The position numbers were made by a program, and so were the translations under genes. Positions 16,710 through 26,038 of a stretch of 64,000 nucleotides of DNA are shown piece after piece; within the stretch, counting starts at the first letter, position 1; each line of letters opens with the position of its first letter. This stretch comes from Bacillales bacterium UBA6449 (GTDB lineage Bacteria > Bacillota_I > Bacilli_A > RFN20 > CAG-288), in assembly GCA_002437105.1 (NCBI GenBank), contig DJOB01000002.1:8049-72048 (forward strand), read 5' to 3'. The notes beneath the pieces are model-generated. The model searched no databases and was not told the DNA's origin. It saw nothing but the letters and a program-made list of their open reading frames with translations.

Positions 16710-18323
16710 ATGATCATGTTAAAGAAAAAGTACCTTTCGCTCCTTTTAGCTGGACTACTTATGTCGTGCCAGGGAACGGTGACTGATTCCAGCACCTCCA
16801 CCGGCTCCTCGGTGGGCAGCAGTGATTCTGCTACCTCCTCCTCGGTGGCTTCCTCTTCCTCGGTTACTTCGTCTGCGAGCAGCTCCTCCGCGGAGACGGT
16901 CGATTTTGAGAGTATGTTCGCGGCTCTGACCGCAGCGGATTCCCTGACCCTCACCGGCACTTCGACGCGGATCTACTCCTCAGCTGATTCCTCCTCTGAG
17001 GCGGTGCCTGACGAGGTCAGTTCTACGGTCATAAAATTCTCGCCCGATAGCTACAGCTACACGGCGACCGGGGCGCATCCTACCCAGCTGGGGGTCTGGA
17101 ATGAGGATGGCAAACCCGTTCAGTACTATGTCGATTCTCAGAACCAGATCTCCAGCAAGGAGATCTCTCTGAATGGCTCCACTTTAAACGACTTCGATTT
17201 TTTTGCTAACCCGTTCAAGAAGTTTGAGGGTGGCTTCCTCAAGGAGACCGATCAGGAGGGCGTCTACGATATCGACCTGACCTCTGACGCTGCCAAGGCG
17301 GTTCTTACGGCGGCGGCGCCGGTTCTCACCCTCTATACCCTGACCGAATTCAGCCAGTTCCGTCTCTCCTATGTTGATGGGGTCTTCTCCCTGGATTTCT
17401 CGACTCCCTCCTTCAGTGCCGACTACGAGCAGTTCGCCCTTCGATCTCACTTCACCATCGATCTCAGCGCGGAGACCGATCACACCACTCCCAAACCCGA
17501 GCCTCTGCCTCACTACGATTACCAGGATCGGGTGAAAGCGGCTTTTGATCAGCTAAGCACCTCCCCCTATAAGCTCAGCTACGTGTATAAGATCACGGAT
17601 AACAGCTACGATTTTATCGGCGACTACTATAAGACTGAGAAGGTGAACCTCGTCGTCACCTCCACTACTGAGGCGGATGCTACGAAGAGCGTCAGCGGCT
17701 ACTACGAGGTCGAGGACAAGTGGCACGAGATCAAGAAGCTGCCGAAGCGGGAGGCTTATTGCTATTCCAGCGAGGAGGCTAGCTATCCTCTCCCCAAAGA
17801 TGTCCATCTGGCGATCGCTCCTGAATTCTTTATTCAGGATGGTGAGTCCTATACCGTGAGCGATCTGAATGCCAACGCCGATTTCGCTGAGGGTATCTCC
17901 CCCTTCCTCATCGCTTACGCCCAGGTGACGAAGACCGTCATCACGCTGGACGCGGAGAATCGGGTCTCGACGATGAGGATGACGGGCACCACGATCGATA
18001 TCAGCTTTACCTTCAGTTACGATGCTGCGAGCTATGGTGTCTTTGACAGCCTCAAGATGATGGATCCGCTGAGCTTCTACGATGGTAAATACACTTTCTC
18101 CACTACGCCGGAGCAGACCTTTACGATCGTGGTCGCTGGCAGCTCCGTTACTCTCAACGGCAAATCTGGAACGGATGTGAAGATAAACAATTTTAAAAAC
18201 TATTCATTCATGATCGGAAATGACACGTACGAGATCAACTATTCTTCCTATTCGGATTCTTTCACTATCTTCTTCAATGATGGCACTCTTTCTAATAACG
18301 TTACTTTCACCCCTAACGACTAG
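16710..18323 (+). CDS. Lipoprotein with Ser/Thr-rich stalk, function unknown
   Basis: MLKKKYLSLLLAGLLMSC lipobox followed by QGTVTDSSTSTGSSVGSSDSATSSSVASSSSVTSSASSSS. The start may be 16710 or 16716. Confidence 0.8.
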   Translation: MIMLKKKYLSLLLAGLLMSCQGTVTDSSTSTGSSVGSSDSATSSSVASSSSVTSSASSSSAETVDFESMFAALTAADSLTLTGTSTRIYSSADSSSEAVPDEVSSTVIKFSPDSYSYTATGAHPTQLGVWNEDGKPVQYYVDSQNQISSKEISLNGSTLNDFDFFANPFKKFEGGFLKETDQEGVYDIDLTSDAAKAVLTAAAPVLTLYTLTEFSQFRLSYVDGVFSLDFSTPSFSADYEQFALRSHFTIDLSAETDHTTPKPEPLPHYDYQDRVKAAFDQLSTSPYKLSYVYKITDNSYDFIGDYYKTEKVNLVVTSTTEADATKSVSGYYEVEDKWHEIKKLPKREAYCYSSEEASYPLPKDVHLAIAPEFFIQDGESYTVSDLNANADFAEGISPFLIAYAQVTKTVITLDAENRVSTMRMTGTTIDISFTFSYDAASYGVFDSLKMMDPLSFYDGKYTFSTTPEQTFTIVVAGSSVTLNGKSGTDVKINNFKNYSFMIGNDTYEINYSSYSDSFTIFFNDGTLSNNVTFTPND

Positions 18324-18347
18324 TACTGGTGTGATCTAGCATTGAAA

Positions 18348-18381
18348 AGAGGTGGGGCTATGGACCCGCCTCTTTATCTTT
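18348..18381 (+). terminator. Probable terminator after the lipoprotein gene
   Basis: AGAGGTGGG-loop-CCCGCCTCT followed by TTATCTTT, a weak T-run. Confidence 0.5.
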
Positions 18382-18613
18382 AGGCGTTGAATTTCCACTC
18401 GAGCGGGTAGGAAGCCAGGATCCCTCTTGGGTGTTAAGCGAGGGGGACGGTGAGGAGATGCATGGATCAGTTCGGATTCATCTGACATCAGCTCGCCTCC
18501 TGGCGCATCCGGTGGGCGATCTGCGTCTGCGGGATTCGGTCTTTGGAGACAGCGCTGCCTCCGGTCGCTTAAACGGGTGGGAAAATGCTAAAAGCTAGTT
18601 TATTTAAGCGGTT

Positions 18614-18621
18614 TGTATAAT
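18614..18621 (+). promoter_or_regulatory. Extended -10 element (TGTATAAT) upstream of the aldolase gene
   Basis: TGnTATAAT match 54 nt upstream of ATG 18675. Confidence 0.45.
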
Positions 18622-18674
18622 CAATTCCCCGGGTTTTTGCTATCATTAACGACGGAGGAAATTTCCAAGTTAAT

Positions 18675-19607
18675 ATGAAACTCATTCATCCTATCGATCC
18701 CGCTAAGCTCGAGCAGGCGGGTCACGGCAATGGATTCATCGCCGCTCTTGATCAGTCCGGTGGATCTACTCCTAAGGCTCTGAAGGGCTATGGTGTCGAC
18801 GAGTCCATGTACACCGTTAACGGTGTCAGGGACGATGCGAAGATGTTCGACCTGGTTCACGAGATGAGGACCCGTGTCATCAAGTCTCCCGAGTTCAATG
18901 GCTCCAAGATCATGGGCGCCATCCTGTTCGAGCAGACTATGGACAGGACCATCGACGGCAAGGGCACTGCTGAGTTCCTTTGGGAGAACAAGCACGTCGT
19001 TCCCTTCCTGAAGTGCGATAAGGGTCTCGCTGAGGAGGAGCACGGCGTCAAGCTGATGAAGCCCATTCCCCACCTCGATGAGACTCTGGAGAAGGCCGTC
19101 TCTCACGGTGTCTTCGGAACCAAGATGAGATCCGTTATCGACAGCTTCGACGAGATCGGTATCCGTGCCATCGTCGACCAGCAGTTTGCGGTCGGTATGC
19201 AGATCTGCGAGCATGGACTCGTTCCTATCCTCGAGCCCGAGACCACCATCACTTCTCCCGACAGGGAGAAGTCCGAGGCTCTGCTCCACGATCTGTTCGT
19301 CCAGAAGATCAAGGAGCTGCCCGCCGAGGCCAAGATCATGATCAAGATCTCCATCCCTGTTAATCCCCACCTTTGGGATGATCTGATCGGCAATGAGCAC
19401 GTGGTCAGAATCGTTGCTCTGTCCGGTGGATTCAGCCGCGATGTCGCCAATGAGAAGCTCAAGCACTGCAAGGGAGTCATCGCTTCCTTCTCGCGTGCTC
19501 TGCTTGAGGAGCTCCGCTATCAGCAGACTGAGGCTGAGTTCGACGCGGCCATCAAGACTGCCATCGATTCCATCTACGACGCTTCCGTCAACAAGATCGC
19601 TGACTAG
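18675..19607 (+). CDS. fda: Fructose-bisphosphate aldolase, class I
   Basis: GNGFIAALDQSGGSTPKALKGYGV...MRTRVIKSPEF...GAILFEQTMDR...VVPFLKCDKGLAEE...FGTKMRS...ASFSRAL...IYDASVNK is near-collinear with staphylococcal-type class I Fda as I remember it. Confidence 0.9.
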   Translation: MKLIHPIDPAKLEQAGHGNGFIAALDQSGGSTPKALKGYGVDESMYTVNGVRDDAKMFDLVHEMRTRVIKSPEFNGSKIMGAILFEQTMDRTIDGKGTAEFLWENKHVVPFLKCDKGLAEEEHGVKLMKPIPHLDETLEKAVSHGVFGTKMRSVIDSFDEIGIRAIVDQQFAVGMQICEHGLVPILEPETTITSPDREKSEALLHDLFVQKIKELPAEAKIMIKISIPVNPHLWDDLIGNEHVVRIVALSGGFSRDVANEKLKHCKGVIASFSRALLEELRYQQTEAEFDAAIKTAIDSIYDASVNKIAD

Positions 19608-19635
19608 TTCTATCCAGTCGGCTATCGCTTGTCAG

Positions 19636-19662
19636 GACTCCGGGAAACCGGAGTCTTTCTTA
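19636..19662 (+). terminator. Rho-independent terminator after fda
   Basis: GACTCCGG-GAAA-CCGGAGTC followed by TTTCTTA. Confidence 0.75.
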
Positions 19663-19738
19663 TGCTCTTCTTGAGCATGAGGTGGGCAGATGTGGGCCTG
19701 TCCGTGTTAATATTCCTTCGGTATATAAGGAGAGTAAT

Positions 19739-20464
19739 ATGGAACTGAATAATAAGACCCCTACACCCCACAACGGGGCGCGATTCGGCGATTTCGCCGC
19801 TACGGTGCTGATGCCTGGCGATCCGCTGCGTGCGAAGTTCATCGCGGAGAACTTCCTGGAGAATCCTCGGCTCGTCACCTCGGTCCGGAACATGTTCGGA
19901 TACACGGGAACCTACCAGGGCAAGAAGGTCTCGGTGATGGGATCCGGTATGGGTATGCCTTCTCTGGGTATCTATGCGACTGAGCTCTTCTCCTTCTACG
20001 GCGTCAAGAGGATCATCAGGGTCGGTACCTGCGGTTCCTTCCGCCCCGATATCAAGGTGTTCGACACCCTGTTAGCCGGTTCGGCTTCGACCAATTCCGC
20101 CTGGGCTGATCAGTACCACCTGGAGGGTACCTTCTCCGCGGCGCCGGATTTCTCCACCCTTCTCGAGGCCTATCAGGCGAGCCAGAAGCTCGGCATCCAC
20201 GCCAAAGTCGTCGATATCCTGTCCGAGGATAACTTCTACGATGAGAACCCTGATTTCTTCAAGAACTGGGCTAGGATGGGAATCGCGGCGGCCGAGATGG
20301 AGTCGTACGCCCTCTACAGCATCGCTAAGCGGCTCGGTAAGCAGGCTCTGACGATCCTCTCTGTCTCCGACAGTCTGGTCAGTCACGAGGCGACGACGGC
20401 TGAGCAGCGCGTGAACGCCTTCACCGATATGATGAAGGTGGCGCTCTCCTGCATCGCCGAGTAG
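19739..20464 (+). CDS. deoD: Purine nucleoside phosphorylase, DeoD type
   Basis: TPHNGARFGDFAATVLMPGDPLRAKFIAENFL...GYTGTYQGKKVSVMGSGMGMPS...AAEMESYALY. AAGGAGAG lies 4 nt before ATG 19739. Confidence 0.9.
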   Translation: MELNNKTPTPHNGARFGDFAATVLMPGDPLRAKFIAENFLENPRLVTSVRNMFGYTGTYQGKKVSVMGSGMGMPSLGIYATELFSFYGVKRIIRVGTCGSFRPDIKVFDTLLAGSASTNSAWADQYHLEGTFSAAPDFSTLLEAYQASQKLGIHAKVVDILSEDNFYDENPDFFKNWARMGIAAAEMESYALYSIAKRLGKQALTILSVSDSLVSHEATTAEQRVNAFTDMMKVALSCIAE

Positions 20465-20470
20465 GCGAGC

Positions 20471-21130
20471 ATGAACATCGTCTTCGCTGTCGTGATCATC
20501 CTGGTGGGTCTCGCTGCCCTAGTCGGCTTGGGATATAGCCTCTGGATGATTTTCGACCGGAGATCGCCGGCTCGGAGTCCACGCTCTTTCAGCCGGAGGG
20601 TCGGCCGGGTGTTGAAGGATCTCTGCCGCGAGCATCAAGGGTGGGTCTGCGAGTCGGATATCCCACTCTACTTTCCTGGTTCCGATAAAGTTGTCAATAT
20701 AAATTATGTCTTAATCGCCGATAAGTTCTGCTACTGCATAGTCTGCCAGACGCTGACTGGTGCTCTCGCGGGTCAGGTCGATGATGGCTTCTGGACCCTC
20801 TACGATCTCAAAGGGCAGTCCATCAACCTGAAGAATCCTATGTCTCTGAATGCCGAGAATGCCAAGGATCTGGAATACGTGCTCATCGACGGTCGCCCTA
20901 TCGAGGGCGATCAGATCGTTCTGCCGGTGATGGTGGTCTCTCGACAGCTGAGGGTGGATCCGCGGATCGTCACCCGCGAGAAGGGAAACTACCTCTTCAG
21001 TCTGCGGTACCTGGCGCGCGGTATCTCCCATATCGAGGCTTCTGCCGTCGATACCAGCGTGCTGTGCGATCGTCCGCGCTTGATCGAGACGCTGCAGCGC
21101 GCGAAAGGAAAAGCCCATGACGCTAGCTGA
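20471..21130 (+). CDS. Membrane-anchored NERD-like domain protein
   Basis: N-terminal TM (IVFAVVIILVGLAALVGLGYSLWMI), then a NERD-like layout (VVNINYVLIADKFCYCIVCQTLTGALAGQVDDGFW...NPMSLN). The usual ExK position reads CQT. Confidence 0.4.
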   Translation: MNIVFAVVIILVGLAALVGLGYSLWMIFDRRSPARSPRSFSRRVGRVLKDLCREHQGWVCESDIPLYFPGSDKVVNINYVLIADKFCYCIVCQTLTGALAGQVDDGFWTLYDLKGQSINLKNPMSLNAENAKDLEYVLIDGRPIEGDQIVLPVMVVSRQLRVDPRIVTREKGNYLFSLRYLARGISHIEASAVDTSVLCDRPRLIETLQRAKGKAHDAS

Positions 21131-23249
21131 TTTTCAGGTTCAGGGGATGACCTGTGCCAACTGTACGAAGACCGTGAGTCAGGCCATCGCGAAGGTCGAT
21201 GGTGTCAAGTCGTGTCGGGTGGATCTCTCGAAGGAGAGGGTCCACCTCTTTTACGATGAGTCCAAGGTCTCTCCGGAATACCTGCAGAAGGCGGTGCGGA
21301 GTGTCGGTTACGATCTGGTCATCGATACGGCGAAGAGCCGTCGGCAAGCGCGGATCCGGAACATCGTCACTCTCGTCTTCGCTTCGATCTTCCTGGTCTT
21401 AGGCATCCTGCTCTCCCTCGCGCACATTCCGGGGATCGAACATTCTAGCTACGGGCACTTCTTCCATAACGATATCCTGGGAATCGTGCTGGGGACGCTC
21501 GCTCTGGTCATACTCGGCTTCCCCATCATCCGGCGCGCCTTCTTCACCCTGCTCTCCAAGAGGGCGGGTATGGACGCGCTGATCTCCCTCTCCGCGCTCT
21601 CCTCCTATGCTGTCTCTCTCTATATTTCAATTGCTAACCTAGTCTATGGCCGGATGGAGATGTCGTATTTCGATGCGCTGCTCATGGTTCTCTCCGTCGT
21701 CTCAATCGGTTCCTTTCTCGAAGCGAAAGTCAAAGCTCTCTCCGGCAGTCAGACCCGAAGCAAGGGTCTGAGCAGCGGAGGGATGGCGCGGATCAAGGCG
21801 GGGAGCCGCTTCGCTGATGTCCCCTTCGAGCAGGTCTTAAAGGGCGATGTCTGCTTGGTCTCCCCGGGTGCCGCTATCCCGGCGGACGGGACGGTGATCG
21901 AGGGTGAAGCGCTGATCGACAGCTCGTCTTTCACCGGCGAGTCGACCCCGAAGAAGGTCGCGATCGGTGATCGTGTCTTCGCTTCTACGCTCTGCGTCGA
22001 CGGCCATCTCTCCATCCGGGCGGATGTCGGAGCGATGGATTCTACCGCTATCAGGATCGAGCGCGATTCCTATGCTCTCAACTACAGCAAGGGAAAGCTG
22101 GGCAAGCTCTCCGATCGGATCGCCGCCTGGTTTGTCCCGGTGGCGATCATCCTCGCGATAGCGGGCTTCTTTATCAGCTTCTTCGCTATCTACGCGCCGG
22201 ACGCGAGCCTCACCCGGGCGCAGGTCTGGGAGAAGTCGATCGTCAATGCTGCCTCGGTACTGGTCGTCTCCTGCCCCTGCGCTTTCGGTCTGGCGGTGCC
22301 ACTGACCAGCCTGAACGGGTACTATCTCGCCCTGAAGAAGGGGATCATCTTCCGGGATGGTGCCACCTTCGAGCGAGTCAAGGGGATCGACGCTTTCATC
22401 TTCGACAAGACGGGAACCCTCACCGATGGGAAGATGAAGGTGGTGAGTTTCACCGGCGACGATCGGGCTCTGTCCCTCGCTAAGGGGTTGGAGGCCTACT
22501 CGTTCCACCCGATCGCCAAGGGGATACTCGCCTATCGCACGGAGGTTAAGCCTCTCGCTCTCCAGGATGTCCGGGAGGTGGCGGGGCAGGGCGTATTCTC
22601 CGCTGCCGGCTCCCTGGTTGCTCTCAGGGGCGGGAGCGAGGATGGATACACCCGGGTCGCCCTCGCGGACGGCGAGGGGAAGCCGCTGGGGGTCTTCGCG
22701 CTCGAGGATTCCCTCGCCCGCGGAGCTAAAGAGGCACTGGCGCAGATTCGGCAGAGTGGAATTCGGACCTACATCCTCACCGGAGATGGGAAGGATTCGG
22801 CGCTGAGACTGGGGAGCAAGCTCGGGTTTGATCCCGCATCGATCAGGTATGCCCTCAGCCCTGCGGACAAGGAGAAGCTGGTCGGGGAGATCGCTAGCCA
22901 GGGAGTCGCGGCCTATGTGGGCGATGGCATCAACGACCTCGGGGCGATGGCGGCGTCTTCCCTGTCCATCGCGACCGCTTCCGCGGTGCCTCTCGCCCGG
23001 GAGAGAGCCGACTGCTCGTTGGTGGGGGATGGTCTGGCCCCTCTGCTCTCGGCGGTGAAGATATCGCAGCGCTGCTATCGCATCATCGTCGAGAATTTCA
23101 TCTGGGCCTTCCTCTACAACTTGGTGCTCATCCCGCTCGCGATGGTCGGTCTGCTGTTCATGTGGCTCTGCTCGCTGGCGATGATCCTCAGCAATATCAC
23201 GCTGATGCTCAATAGCCTCCGTGCTTCAAGGCTGCCGCAAGGAAAATAG
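21117..23249 (+). CDS. copA: Heavy-metal (Cu+-type) translocating P1B-type ATPase
   Basis: N-terminal HMA domain GMTCANC, TM CPC motif (VSCPCAFGL), DKTGTLT, SFHPIA and GDGINDLGA. It overlaps the upstream ORF by 14 nt. Confidence 0.9.
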   Translation: MTLADFQVQGMTCANCTKTVSQAIAKVDGVKSCRVDLSKERVHLFYDESKVSPEYLQKAVRSVGYDLVIDTAKSRRQARIRNIVTLVFASIFLVLGILLSLAHIPGIEHSSYGHFFHNDILGIVLGTLALVILGFPIIRRAFFTLLSKRAGMDALISLSALSSYAVSLYISIANLVYGRMEMSYFDALLMVLSVVSIGSFLEAKVKALSGSQTRSKGLSSGGMARIKAGSRFADVPFEQVLKGDVCLVSPGAAIPADGTVIEGEALIDSSSFTGESTPKKVAIGDRVFASTLCVDGHLSIRADVGAMDSTAIRIERDSYALNYSKGKLGKLSDRIAAWFVPVAIILAIAGFFISFFAIYAPDASLTRAQVWEKSIVNAASVLVVSCPCAFGLAVPLTSLNGYYLALKKGIIFRDGATFERVKGIDAFIFDKTGTLTDGKMKVVSFTGDDRALSLAKGLEAYSFHPIAKGILAYRTEVKPLALQDVREVAGQGVFSAAGSLVALRGGSEDGYTRVALADGEGKPLGVFALEDSLARGAKEALAQIRQSGIRTYILTGDGKDSALRLGSKLGFDPASIRYALSPADKEKLVGEIASQGVAAYVGDGINDLGAMAASSLSIATASAVPLARERADCSLVGDGLAPLLSAVKISQRCYRIIVENFIWAFLYNLVLIPLAMVGLLFMWLCSLAMILSNITLMLNSLRASRLPQGK

Positions 23250-23300
23250 ATATACCGCTTAGCATATAATATTATTTTGCAGATTGTAGGAGGTAATGTG

Positions 23301-23483
23301 ATGGTCGAAATCAGTGTTCCTGATATCAGATGCCAGGGCTGCTGCAATAAGATTCTTTCCGCTCTCGCTCAGCAGGGTATACACGCGACGGCGGATGCCC
23401 GCTTCAAGATCGTTACCGTCGAGGCGAAGGATGAGAAGGCGGCGCGCGAGGTGATCATCGATGCAGGCTACAAGCCGGAGTAG
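23301..23483 (+). CDS. copZ: Small HMA-domain metallochaperone-like protein
   Basis: 60 aa, MVEISVPDIRCQGCCNKILSAL...VEAKDEKAAREVIIDAGYKPE, with a ferredoxin-like HMA pattern and a CxxC. AGGAGG lies 7 nt before ATG 23301. Confidence 0.65.
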   Translation: MVEISVPDIRCQGCCNKILSALAQQGIHATADARFKIVTVEAKDEKAAREVIIDAGYKPE

Positions 23484-24750
23484 CGGCTGGGGACCTCTCC
23501 GGGAAGGCTGGGCGGATTTCCGGAAGAACTGGTGGCGGGGTATTTCCATCTTTGCCCTCCCCATCATCGGCCTCTCTCTGATCCTGTTCCTCGGGATGTC
23601 GACCAGCTACCTCTCCCTGATCATGGTCCCCGTCATGCTTCCCTTCCTCTACTGCGCGTATCGGTTCTTCTGGACCAGCCGCGACAGCAAGCGCACCTTC
23701 GGGATCAACTACACCGATTATGGTGTCCGGGGTAACGGGTGTTTCGGCTTCCTCAATTCATCCCTGATCGGTGCGCTGGTCACCGTCTTCATCTACTACA
23801 TCCTCGCGGTCACCATCACGCCGGCCCTCATGAAGCTCTTCGGGGGTGGCGCCTACGTGCAGCAGATCGAGGATCTGATCAAATCGAGCAATATTCAGGA
23901 TCTGTTCAGCCTGCTGAATGACTCTTCCTTCCAGGTGGCTCTCTCCAAGCCGCTGACGATCATCAACGGCATCTCCCTGTATGTCGGTGGCTCGATAATG
24001 CTAATCCTGTTGGATATGAGGAGGGCCGAGTATGTAGCGGGCTTCCGGATTCTGCCCGATGCCGATGTCAACATCCCCGGCTCGATGATCCGGAGTATCG
24101 GCAAGTCGTTTACCCGGGGACTATACTGGGAGAGGATCAAGCTCAAAGCGCCGGTGGCGATTCCTGCATTCCTTCTGCTCAGCGTCCTCTATGCCGGTTT
24201 CGTGGCGGCCTTCTGCTTTGTCGACATCCCTCTGGCGACGATCGCGGGCTCGCTTCCCGTCCTCTGTCTAGCTCCCTTCCTCATCGTCTCCTACGCGGTC
24301 GATGCCTCGTTCGATGTCCCGGTGATCGACAGCCTGATGAAGGCCTACTACAGTGCAGCTACGCAGGAGATGAAGGATGGGATCGTGAAGACCTTCTACA
24401 ACACCCAGTACCGTCACACGTCCGAGCGGTTCGGTCAGGTGCCCTTTCAGGGAGTGATTCTTTCCTTCGATCAGAGCCAGTCTGATAACAGCAACATCTT
24501 CACGGTCGACGCGGAAGATATCAAGACGGAGACCAAGCCTACCAATCCGGTCGATCACGGCGCTTCCGCTTCCACCACCCCTGAGGATACTCAGGGTAGT
24601 TCGAAGGAAAAAGAGGCCGCTAGACCAGCGGAGCCGGCGAGCAGAAACTACGGAGTTCTCGATTTCTCGGCGCTCGATGATCAGAATCATAAGACCGGTT
24701 CGGGTGATGGAAACGATGGAGGAGGGAACGCTCATGGATCGCAGGAGTAA
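23461..24750 (+). CDS. Polytopic membrane protein with a disordered acidic/Ser-Thr C-terminus, function unknown
   Basis: Several hydrophobic helices and a C-terminal low-complexity tail. It overlaps the copZ-like ORF by 23 nt. No family recognised with confidence. Confidence 0.55.
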   Translation: MQATSRSSGWGPLREGWADFRKNWWRGISIFALPIIGLSLILFLGMSTSYLSLIMVPVMLPFLYCAYRFFWTSRDSKRTFGINYTDYGVRGNGCFGFLNSSLIGALVTVFIYYILAVTITPALMKLFGGGAYVQQIEDLIKSSNIQDLFSLLNDSSFQVALSKPLTIINGISLYVGGSIMLILLDMRRAEYVAGFRILPDADVNIPGSMIRSIGKSFTRGLYWERIKLKAPVAIPAFLLLSVLYAGFVAAFCFVDIPLATIAGSLPVLCLAPFLIVSYAVDASFDVPVIDSLMKAYYSAATQEMKDGIVKTFYNTQYRHTSERFGQVPFQGVILSFDQSQSDNSNIFTVDAEDIKTETKPTNPVDHGASASTTPEDTQGSSKEKEAARPAEPASRNYGVLDFSALDDQNHKTGSGDGNDGGGNAHGSQE

Positions 24751-25447
24751 ATCGAATAATCCTCTCGGCTATTTCCGAGAGATCCTGAAGAATCCTCGGG
24801 ACCTCTGGACGATCCCCAATCTGCTCGTCTACCTGAGGATCCTGATGTCCATCGCCTTTCTCGTCATCTACATAGGTGGGGTCAACGTGCTCTATGCGGA
24901 CCACTCCTGGCACTGGGGAATCCTGCCTCCCGATTCGGCTGATCGGGGCTTCCAGATCGAGGGATACCTCGCCTGTGCGCTGATTTTGACCTGTGGCTTC
25001 ACCGACTTCCTCGATGGTTACATCGCCCGGAAGTTCGATCAGCAGACCGAGCTGGGTGTGCTGCTCGACCCCGTCGGCGATAAGCTCCTTCAGCTCTTCA
25101 TCATCCTGGCGGTGGCGGTGCGCTGGTCCGACGTCACCTGGCTGGTCTGGGTTCTGCTGGGGGTCCTGCTCGGCAAGGAGTCCACGATGGTGTTCGCCAA
25201 CCTGCTCATCTATGCGCGGCGCGGTATAAGGTTTCACCGCGCTTACTGGTACGGAAAGATGTCGACCCTGATCCTCTATCTGACGATGGGGATCATGCTG
25301 TTCTTCGTCAATTACCTCGGTTCGAGTCTTGAATTGTTCATCGAGGTCCTCTGCGCTATCTGCAGTTTGACCCTCGTCTTCGCCTGGATCATGTACTGCA
25401 TCAAGTATGTCGATATGTTCCGTCATCCCGATCGATATCGGAACTGA
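24734..25447 (+). CDS. pgsA: CDP-alcohol phosphatidyltransferase (phosphatidylglycerophosphate synthase-like)
   Basis: DFLDGYIARKFDQQTELGVLLDPVGDKLLQ matches D(x)2DG(x)2AR(x)8G(x)3D(x)3D. GGAGGAGGG lies 7 nt before ATG 24734. Confidence 0.8.
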   Translation: MDRRSKSNNPLGYFREILKNPRDLWTIPNLLVYLRILMSIAFLVIYIGGVNVLYADHSWHWGILPPDSADRGFQIEGYLACALILTCGFTDFLDGYIARKFDQQTELGVLLDPVGDKLLQLFIILAVAVRWSDVTWLVWVLLGVLLGKESTMVFANLLIYARRGIRFHRAYWYGKMSTLILYLTMGIMLFFVNYLGSSLELFIEVLCAICSLTLVFAWIMYCIKYVDMFRHPDRYRN

Positions 25448-25463
25448 CGAAAGGAGGTGTCCC

Positions 25464-25979
25464 GTGGTCAAGATATTCGTATCGCCCTACTGCCAGTCCT
25501 GCCGGAAGGCGCAGAGATTCTTGGATCACATGATGGTTCCTCATCAGGTGATAAATATTTTCTCTAAGGATCTGAAGAAGGAGGATCTGTTAGAGATCCT
25601 CAAGCTGAGCGAGAATGGGACCGACGACATCATCTCGCCTCGCTCCAAGGTCTATAAGAGCGGGGGTGTGGATCTGGAGAGTATGACGCTGAATCAGCTC
25701 CTGGATTTCGTCCTGGCGAACCCCACGATCATGAAGCGTCCCATCATCATCGACGATCGCAAGATGGAGGTCGGATACGATCCTGATGAGATAACTGCCT
25801 TCCTGCCTAAGGCGACTAAGAAGCTGCTCGAGATGTGCGCTGATTGCCCCATGACGGCGGACTGCAATCTGGGCAAGGCGCTCATCGAGGCTCGCAACGC
25901 GATCGAGGCTGACCGTGGCAAGGGAGCGAGCGTATGTGTGGGCAAGGATGTCGCGTGCAATAAAAAGAGGGGCGCTTAG
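25464..25979 (+). CDS. spx: Spx/ArsC-family redox-sensing regulator with a ~40-aa Cys-rich C-terminal extension
   Basis: VKIFVSPYCQSCRKAQRFL (CxxC), NGTDDIISPRSKVYK, MKRPIIIDDRKMEVGYDPDEITAFLP. AGGAGG lies 6 nt before GTG 25464. Confidence 0.8.
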   Translation: MVKIFVSPYCQSCRKAQRFLDHMMVPHQVINIFSKDLKKEDLLEILKLSENGTDDIISPRSKVYKSGGVDLESMTLNQLLDFVLANPTIMKRPIIIDDRKMEVGYDPDEITAFLPKATKKLLEMCADCPMTADCNLGKALIEARNAIEADRGKGASVCVGKDVACNKKRGA

Positions 25980-25992
25980 CCTCTCTTTTTTT
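25966..25992 (+). terminator. Terminator overlapping the spx stop codon
   Basis: AGAGGGGC-GCTTA-GCCTCTCT followed by TTTTTTT. An A-run on the left flank may let it act on the convergent gene as well. Confidence 0.7.
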
Positions 25993-26038
25993 ATCTGCTT
26001 TAATCGCTGCTCAGGGATGATTTTTGATGATCTATCGC

